Shown here: positions 58,825-64,000 of the stretch, in pieces | Layout: each line of letters opens with the position of its first letter | How positions within the stretch are numbered: position 1 is the stretch's first letter | From: an uncultured Planctomycetaceae bacterium | GTDB lineage: Bacteria > Planctomycetota > Planctomycetia > Planctomycetales > Planctomycetaceae | Reading direction: 5' to 3' | Length of the DNA: 64,000 bases | NCBI GenBank assembly: GCA_963976765.1 | Contig: CAXBME010000014.1 | Coordinates: 1-64,000 of the forward strand | The notes under the pieces: model-generated | Databases searched by the model: none | Seen by the model: only the letters and a program-made list of their open reading frames with translations | Told to the model about the DNA's origin: nothing | Translations under genes and position numbers: made by a program

Positions 58825-59262
58825 GACTTGTTCCCCTCGATTGTTTCATAACTGCGTGCGGTGTGAAAACTGCCCCACAGGCGAGTCGGCTGTTCGTCCA
58901 GTGACGGTAACAGCTCGGTTCTATTTCGTTTTTCGCACGGCAACGCCGACTTCTCCCTGAACGTAGGTCGCATTTTCTGAATCAGCAAATGTATTTCGGC
59001 GAATTTGCGACTCGAAGAACGTGACGTAGAGTTGCGGAAGGTGATGCGCTGGCTGCCCGTTCAGAACGTTTCCCAATAGCCCAGTCAGTGCTGTTGTCAA
59101 TTGACGTTCACTTGAGATTCCGCGCCGGGTCTGCCAGTGGCACACGTTCAACAGGTGAGTCGATATTTTTCAACAGGCAGCTAATGGGCCGTGCTTTGCG
59201 AGCCCCTTTAACCCCAGGCCAATTCAGTCAACTCGGGCCGCTAATCTGACAGTGGTATTCTC

Positions 59263-60882
59263 ATGAGCGTTTCTGAACTGAGTACTCCGACCGTGATTCT
59301 GTCGAGCCAGGAAAAGCTTCTCGTCGACACACTCGACGCCGCCTTCGGTACTGAATTTTCGATTGTGGATATTGGCCCGGACCAGGGAAACGAACATGAA
59401 GGTCTTTCACTGGAGAACCTGTCCGAAGTCATTCAATGTCTGAATGTCCGGTCAAGGCACATTGTTGCCACCAGTCGGAACGAGGGGATCACCGTCGCCG
59501 AGCTGCCGGGGCAGGAATGTCTGGCCTGCGTCTCATCTCGCCAGGGCCGACTGATCAAGACTGCTGCTGGCATTGTCCAGGGCATGAATCCAGACAATGT
59601 ATTGCGTGTCGCTACTTTCGCAGCCCGGACAGCAAAGGAACGGGACACAGCAGACAGAACTGCCGGGCAGCTCGAAGCGTACGCCGAGCAGGTCACAAGC
59701 TGCTTTGAGGAACTGGTCTGGCTGAGAGAATTGTCGCAGCAAATTGAACAGTGCGACGTAACTCGCGACGTCGGCTCGGTGGCAGAAACCGTTCTGCCAG
59801 CACTGGCACGACTCACGAACTCCGAATCCGTAGCCCTGTTGTCGCTGGACGGTGAATTCCAGGCTCCCACTGCGACACGACCGGTCAACGTTACCAGGCG
59901 TGCTGGCAGAGAGCAGCCGCTTGACGAAGTCCTCATCGCAATCGCCCGACGATTTGGCGAACAAGCCTGCAAGACACCTGTCGTCGTCAACCAGTTTCAA
60001 CAGGACGATGCGGTCTTTAACCGATTTAATGTGCGTTCGTTGATTGTCATGGCCATTCAGCAGGAAGGGCATCTGCATGGCTGGTTGATGGCGATCAACC
60101 GTGAACCGATTACGCTCCCGGAGAATCACAGATACATCAATGAAGAACTCGGTCTGGGCGAGTACGGAACAATCGAGGCCGGGCTGATGCAGTCAGCCTG
60201 TACGCTGCTGGCGACGCATGCGCACAACGTAGAACTGTTTGTCGAAAAAGAACAGCTGGCAATCGGCACGGTGAAATCGCTGGTTCGTTCGCTCGAAGCA
60301 AGAGATGCCTACACCAAAGGGCACAGCGATCGTGTTGCTGGTGTTGCTCTGGTACTGGCAGAAGCCGTCGGCTACTCGGAAGAGCAGCTCAAAAAGCTCC
60401 ACCTGACGGGCATCCTGCATGACGTTGGCAAAATCGGAATCCCCGACCACGTGTTGAACAAACCAGACAGGTTGACTGACGAAGAGTTCGACTTGATCAA
60501 GCAGCATCCGACGATAGGTCACGAAATTCTGCTGCCAGTCAAATCGCTGAGCTACGTGCTGGACGGAGTACTGCATCATCATGAAAACTTTGACGGAACA
60601 GGCTATCCGCACGGACTCGTTGGAATGGAGATTCCGCTCGACGCGCGCATTCTGGCCGTGGCCGACTCGTTTGACGCGATGACCAGTAACCGCCCTTATC
60701 GAAATGGTATGCCGTTTGAAAAGGCTCAGGCGATTCTGAAGGACGGATCAGGGACTCAATGGGATCCGACAATCGTCGACGCATTCTTTGCCAACTTCGA
60801 CAAAATTCAGGCTGTCGTGGCCTGTCACAAAGTGTCGAACGCTCATGTCGAATCGATCGTTCCGGTGACAACCGGCAAGTGA
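59263..60882 (+). CDS. GAF + HD-GYP c-di-GMP phosphodiesterase
   Basis: YTKGHSDRV, LHDVGK, HHENFDGTGYP, ADSFDAMTSNRPYR. Confidence 0.93.
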   Translation: MSVSELSTPTVILSSQEKLLVDTLDAAFGTEFSIVDIGPDQGNEHEGLSLENLSEVIQCLNVRSRHIVATSRNEGITVAELPGQECLACVSSRQGRLIKTAAGIVQGMNPDNVLRVATFAARTAKERDTADRTAGQLEAYAEQVTSCFEELVWLRELSQQIEQCDVTRDVGSVAETVLPALARLTNSESVALLSLDGEFQAPTATRPVNVTRRAGREQPLDEVLIAIARRFGEQACKTPVVVNQFQQDDAVFNRFNVRSLIVMAIQQEGHLHGWLMAINREPITLPENHRYINEELGLGEYGTIEAGLMQSACTLLATHAHNVELFVEKEQLAIGTVKSLVRSLEARDAYTKGHSDRVAGVALVLAEAVGYSEEQLKKLHLTGILHDVGKIGIPDHVLNKPDRLTDEEFDLIKQHPTIGHEILLPVKSLSYVLDGVLHHHENFDGTGYPHGLVGMEIPLDARILAVADSFDAMTSNRPYRNGMPFEKAQAILKDGSGTQWDPTIVDAFFANFDKIQAVVACHKVSNAHVESIVPVTTGK

Positions 60883-60954
60883 ATCCCTCCCCGGAGAGAT
60901 CATCTTCCTTGCCGTTCTTTCCTGACGCGAACCGGGAGGCAAAAGCTATAGACA

Positions 60955-62100
60955 TTGGGGACGGACGTCCCAGCGTTTGATCGCCTGCTGAAGCTTGCCT
61001 CTATTCTGAACGAGTCTGTTATGCCACTCCAACCTCGCTATTTCGAGGGTCACCTGAAGGTATCGTCAACCCCGTCGCGAGCTGCTGCGATCATCAATGC
61101 TGGCACGTCAGTGCTCGACGTGGCTCTGATGATGGAACAAAACGAATTTCGGTACGCCATCGTTCAGAACGAAAAGCGCGCAATCATCGGAATCATCTCG
61201 CGAGACCAGTTGAACCAGTACACCGACATGGTCAGCAACGAAGCCACCGATACGTGGCAGACTCGCCCCGTCGAAGATCTGATGACGACGAGACTGGCAC
61301 CGACCGAAACTCAAACATCGACCGGTTCAATCGAAATCGCGGCGAGCGGCGACTTCTCCTGCATTCCGATTGTCGAACAGGGCCGAATTGTCGGAGTAAT
61401 GACTCGCGACGACATCCTGATGAGCTGGGGGCGGCTGGAACCTGCTCTGCGCGAAGCTGGGACTGACGATGTGACTCAGCTTGCCAACCGAACGATGTTC
61501 ATGCGGCGACTGAAAGAGGAATGGGACCGCTCAACCCGCAGCAAAGAACCACTGGCACTCTTCCTGTTCGACGTCGACTATTTCAAACAGGTTAACGATC
61601 TGTGCGGACACATGGCGGGCGACCAGGTTCTGGCCGCAGTTGGCAAGAGCGTGAAAGACTCACTGCGAAGTTACGACGTTGTTGCCAGAATCGGCGGTGA
61701 CGAGTTCGCGGCACTCTGTTTCAACTGTAAATCCGAAACTATCGATCAGCCGATCTGCAGAATTCAGGAGGCCGTCCGTAACATTAAAGTCCCTGCCGGG
61801 CTGCAGCGAAGTCAACTCACGTTGTCGATCGGTGCCACAGTTGTTCGATCCGGATTTGCCGAATTGACGACGGATAAACTGTTCTCTTACGCGGATGCCT
61901 GTCTCTATCGATCAAAGACGGCTGGTCGGAATCGAGCCTTCAACATCATCCTGGACGAAACCAATTCGACGTCTCCCGAATGTGTCGGATACGCGGGCTT
62001 CTCTGAAGGAAGTGTCGATTACATCCTGCCCTCGGAACCCCCGCCTGGAAACGACGACGTAGACTTGAGAACTCGTTCTTCCACTTCCAGCTACATGTGA
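60955..62100 (+). CDS. CBS-pair + GGDEF diguanylate cyclase (start uncertain)
   Basis: CBS repeats; DVDYFKQVND..GH..GD, I-site RSYD, RIGGDEF, AD..LY.SK..GRN. Confidence 0.92.
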   Translation: MGTDVPAFDRLLKLASILNESVMPLQPRYFEGHLKVSSTPSRAAAIINAGTSVLDVALMMEQNEFRYAIVQNEKRAIIGIISRDQLNQYTDMVSNEATDTWQTRPVEDLMTTRLAPTETQTSTGSIEIAASGDFSCIPIVEQGRIVGVMTRDDILMSWGRLEPALREAGTDDVTQLANRTMFMRRLKEEWDRSTRSKEPLALFLFDVDYFKQVNDLCGHMAGDQVLAAVGKSVKDSLRSYDVVARIGGDEFAALCFNCKSETIDQPICRIQEAVRNIKVPAGLQRSQLTLSIGATVVRSGFAELTTDKLFSYADACLYRSKTAGRNRAFNIILDETNSTSPECVGYAGFSEGSVDYILPSEPPPGNDDVDLRTRSSTSSYM

Positions 62101-62219
62101 GCCGACGGAAGCTCACCAGCAGCACGGTGTGTCTTGACGCACCACATCGGTACCTGCCGCACTGGTGCGTCAAGACGCACCCTACGGAAAGTTCGTCGGA
62201 CAGGCAGTATGGCATCTTA

Positions 62220-62777
62220 ATGACGCGAAGCAGTTCACAACCTGAACGATTAACTGTTGCCCGATGCGGTTATGGTCGTTCGTTTCCCGCGGCGAGGTTG
62301 GATCGAACAAATCATCAAGCGTCGAATTCGCGTCGCGGGCTGTCGCTCATCGATCTGACAATCACCGTGCTCATCATGGGGGTTGTCGCTGCCACAGCCT
62401 CGCCGAAGTTTGCGGCGCTGCTGACATCCTACACCGCCGAATCGACTGCCCGACGAGTCGCGGCGGATCTGAATTACGCGGCCTCAGCCGCCGCTCAGAC
62501 CAGTCAGAGTGTTACCGTCACGTTTGATGTTTCCGGAAATTCGTACTCGGTGACGGGCGTCGATTCGCCGGATCATCCAGGTTCCGCCTGGGTGGTTTCA
62601 CTCGCGAATGGAGGGCGAAACGCTGAACTTGTTTCAGTGAACTTCGCCGCTTCGCAGGCGGTGACATTCAACGCGTACGGCCGCCCGAACAATCCTGGTT
62701 CAATCGTTCTTTCCTCGGGCAGCGACACGGCAACTGTCGTCGTCGACGCGGCAACTGGCAGGGCGATCGTGCAATGA
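62220..62777 (+). CDS. Minor pilin (GspH/FimT-like)
   Basis: RRG-LSLIDLTITVLIMGVVA..A.P; VTFNAYGRP, ATGR. Confidence 0.8.
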   Translation: MTRSSSQPERLTVARCGYGRSFPAARLDRTNHQASNSRRGLSLIDLTITVLIMGVVAATASPKFAALLTSYTAESTARRVAADLNYAASAAAQTSQSVTVTFDVSGNSYSVTGVDSPDHPGSAWVVSLANGGRNAELVSVNFAASQAVTFNAYGRPNNPGSIVLSSGSDTATVVVDAATGRAIVQ

Positions 62778-64000
62778 ACGTCACCTCGACCAGACAAACG
62801 ACAACGCTTCACCAGCGCCGTCCCCGAGGATTAACTCGTCGGGGTTACACATTGCTGGAAATGGTCATCAGCACCGGAGCGGCGACCGTGCTGCTGGGCG
62901 GCCTGATGTCGACAATTGTGGTCGCCAACCGGGCATGGAGTCCTGACCTTAAACCGGCCATCAAGACCGAAGCCAGCGGGCTGACGCGTCAGCTCAGTAT
63001 CGACCTGAGAAGCGCTCTTCGCTTCACCGAACGGACAGCAAAAGCCGCCACGTTCACCGTGCCCGATCGAGATTCTGACGGGCGTCCGGAAGTACTTCGT
63101 TACGCCTGGTCAGGCACATCAGGAGAGCCCTTAACCGTCAGCGTGAACGGCGGAACGGCACAGGTTGTCATCACCGACGTGCAAACATTCAACATGGACT
63201 ACCTGCTTCGCTCGGTCACCGCACCCGTCATTCCAGTCAGTGGCCAGAGTCAAACGGTCGTATATATCTCCGAAGCTGACGCCGGCAATGGTGGAGAGGT
63301 CAACCGTAACGAACTGTCATCAGAAGACCAGCAACGGATCGTGGCAATCGAGTCCTGGGACTTTGCGGTTTCTGTCGTCAGTGGCTACGCGTCGGATACT
63401 GATTGGGCGGCGGCGATCGACAAGGCAGCGGCGATCTACGTTCCCGGCTCGGTCGAGGACGACGAGATCTCCCAGCGACTCTACTACGCCAACGTGGGAG
63501 TCGTCTTTGAAACTTCCAGCCTGCGTGATGATTCTGGCTTTGGCAATACTATCGATTTGTCGTCAACGACCGACATCGATCTGGAAAATACCCACCACTA
63601 TATCACTTCGACACTGTCGGCTGGTCAGGTAAAGATCGTCAAGTCGTCGCAGCCGCTGATGTTTCTGAAGCCAGGATTCGGTCCCGATCTGCAGGTTCTG
63701 GCCCGTGGTGATTCCAAGCCCTACATGGCATCGCTGGCTGTTATCGAATCTCACGGGCGAACACTTGCTATTGATGCTGTGCCAGGGCGGCGAGTCCTTC
63801 TGCCGTGGGGAGCTTCATCAACACCTTTCGATCTGTTGACGGACGCGGCACGGACGATCATGGAGCGATCGATCTCCTGGGCCGCAGGGCTGGATTCTGT
63901 CACATCTCCCCAAAGGATTCTCTTCCTTGTGGACAAAGAGTTTGACCTGAAGGAAGAAGATTTCGACCGCAAGTTGATGTTCGAATCTGCTGGCTTCGAA
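62774..64000 (+). CDS. Large minor pilin/prepilin-type protein (runs off the window)
   Basis: ATG overlaps the upstream TGA; RRG-YTLLEMVIS; frame still open at 64000 (…FDRKLMFESAGFE). Confidence 0.8.
   Translation, partial: MNVTSTRQTTTLHQRRPRGLTRRGYTLLEMVISTGAATVLLGGLMSTIVVANRAWSPDLKPAIKTEASGLTRQLSIDLRSALRFTERTAKAATFTVPDRDSDGRPEVLRYAWSGTSGEPLTVSVNGGTAQVVITDVQTFNMDYLLRSVTAPVIPVSGQSQTVVYISEADAGNGGEVNRNELSSEDQQRIVAIESWDFAVSVVSGYASDTDWAAAIDKAAAIYVPGSVEDDEISQRLYYANVGVVFETSSLRDDSGFGNTIDLSSTTDIDLENTHHYITSTLSAGQVKIVKSSQPLMFLKPGFGPDLQVLARGDSKPYMASLAVIESHGRTLAIDAVPGRRVLLPWGASSTPFDLLTDAARTIMERSISWAAGLDSVTSPQRILFLVDKEFDLKEEDFDRKLMFESAGFE

Noticed and set aside
59130..59215. c-di-GMP-I riboswitch or sigma-54 promoter in the divergent intergenic region
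   Set aside because: Only CGCAAAGC...AGCTGCC is present, without the GGCAAACC/GAAA stem; TGGCAC lacks the -12 TTGC.
1..64000. CRISPR arrays, tRNA/rRNA genes and the many long antisense ORFs
   Set aside because: No regularly spaced repeats or cloverleafs were seen by eye; antisense ORFs are shadows of GC-rich coding genes.

Overview
The window looks like a Planctomycetota chromosome segment, judged from family markers recognised by eye (DUF1559 prepilins, a DUF1549/DUF1553 + DUF1501 pair, a membrane-anchored Ser/Thr kinase). It has two parts. (A) ~1-35.3 kb is an accessory island. It starts with an atypical tyrosine recombinase behind a ~470-nt hairpin-dense leader. A ~22-kb surface-modification cluster follows: three GT-C/ArnT-like transferases, a GT2, a YdjC deacetylase, an HGSNAT-like acetyltransferase, three DUF1559 prepilins and a large EF-hand protein, split by an IS66. 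Next is a Wadjet (jetABCD) locus whose jetC 5' part is replaced by a 1.7-kb two-gene insert. The island ends with a Rep-like gene, a small gene and a large serine recombinase whose 3' end resembles half an SRP RNA (candidate att). (B) 35.4-64 kb looks like core genome: SMP-30, DUF1559, kinase, PmoA-like, TPR-M48, DUF1553/DUF1501, then a type IV pilus/T2SS cluster with an embedded c-di-GMP and two-component module. The best candidates for undescribed biology are the structured leader with its odd recombinase and the glycosylation island. All calls come from motif recognition by eye; no searches or folding programs were run.
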